Below, one piece after another: positions 5,091 through 5,648 of a stretch of DNA of 5,648 nucleotides; position 1 is the first letter of the stretch; each line of letters begins with the position of its first letter. Below the pieces are notes generated by a model that was given only the letters and a program-made list of their open reading frames with translations, was not told where the DNA came from and made no database searches. A program made the position numbers and the translations under genes. Origin of the DNA: a virus (taxonomy: Duplodnaviria; Heunggongvirae; Uroviricota; Caudoviricetes); IMG/VR virus record IMGVR_UViG_2579778652_000004, one strand, 5' to 3'.

Positions 5091-5648
5091 TTATGCGAAT
5101 CTGATAAAGAGGCCAATTTCGTATCCGGTTATTGCACCTATATATCCGTACAGTGCAGCGTAACTGCCAGGGAATGAGCTTGTACCAATATCATCAACAT
5201 TAAATATCAGCGTTTTCATGTCGGGCTTTAATTCAATATTAATATCCCTTAAATAACGACCATCTACCATGCGGCCACGGGCTGTCATAGTGAAATCATC
5301 TGCTGGCCTCATATATGCGGCAAGAAATACATTACCAACATCAGGTTCAAAGGTCGCACTATGCGATCTGATTCGCCTTGCTATTAGATCAGGCGTCACC
5401 AGAAATTCCTGCATGGAATAGAGTGTATCGAGCGAAATAAACTGTCTGGCAATTTCTGAAATGCTTGCCAGACTAATCTTTTTATCCGCGTCAAAATACG
5501 GAAATGCATTTCCGGCAGGCATTAATTTACTTAGTGCCGTCAGCATGTCATTCAGTGGTTGTTTTTTATCAAGAGCAGCTTTAATCGCCTTAACCGCCTT
5601 TGGTGTGGCAGCTTCCGTTTCGCTTTCACTGTCAGTATCGCTACTTAA
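5091..5648 (-). CDS. 3' part of a gene whose frame is open to the right window edge; probably the C-terminal (distal, receptor-binding) part of a tail-fibre protein
   Basis: The minus-strand frame stays open upstream of the Met at 5546 through to 5648 (…SDTDSESETEAATPKAVKAIKAALDKK…). Stop TAA at 5091-5093, 20 nt before the Tfa-like start. AT-rich (about 40% GC against about 55-60% in the Dar genes). Function is inferred from position upstream of the tfa-like gene. Confidence 0.35.
   Translation of the reverse strand, partial: LSSDTDSESETEAATPKAVKAIKAALDKKQPLNDMLTALSKLMPAGNAFPYFDADKKISLASISEIARQFISLDTLYSMQEFLVTPDLIARRIRSHSATFEPDVGNVFLAAYMRPADDFTMTARGRMVDGRYLRDINIELKPDMKTLIFNVDDIGTSSFPGSYAALYGYIGAITGYEIGLFIRFA

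Noticed and set aside
1-5648. tRNA genes, rRNA, CRISPR arrays, tandem repeats
   Set aside because: No cloverleaf-like or array-like structure was found; coding density on the minus strand accounts for nearly the whole window.

Overview
No database search was possible, so every family call below rests on motif recognition, gene size and gene order. The window reads as part of the late region of a P1-like temperate phage or phage-plasmid, with all phage genes on the minus strand. From right to left these are: the 3' part of a probable tail-fibre gene, a tail-fibre-assembly-like gene, a DUF1353-like ORF, a holin/antiholin-like pair (lydA/lydB-like), and an hdf-darA-ddrA-like block resembling the P1 'defence against restriction' (Dar) operon. 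At the left edge the 3' end of an IS200/IS605-family tnpB gene (plus strand, truncated by the window) and its right-end hairpin abut the ddrA-like stop codon. The most unusual observation is a 30-nt hairpin-containing motif present twice (365-394 and 4118-4147), each copy sitting on the 3' end of a minus-strand gene, once at the IS junction and once as a perfect 40-nt palindrome between the DUF1353-like gene and the holin gene. I could not identify a clearly novel system; the content is best explained as a known phage anti-restriction and lysis module plus an IS insertion.
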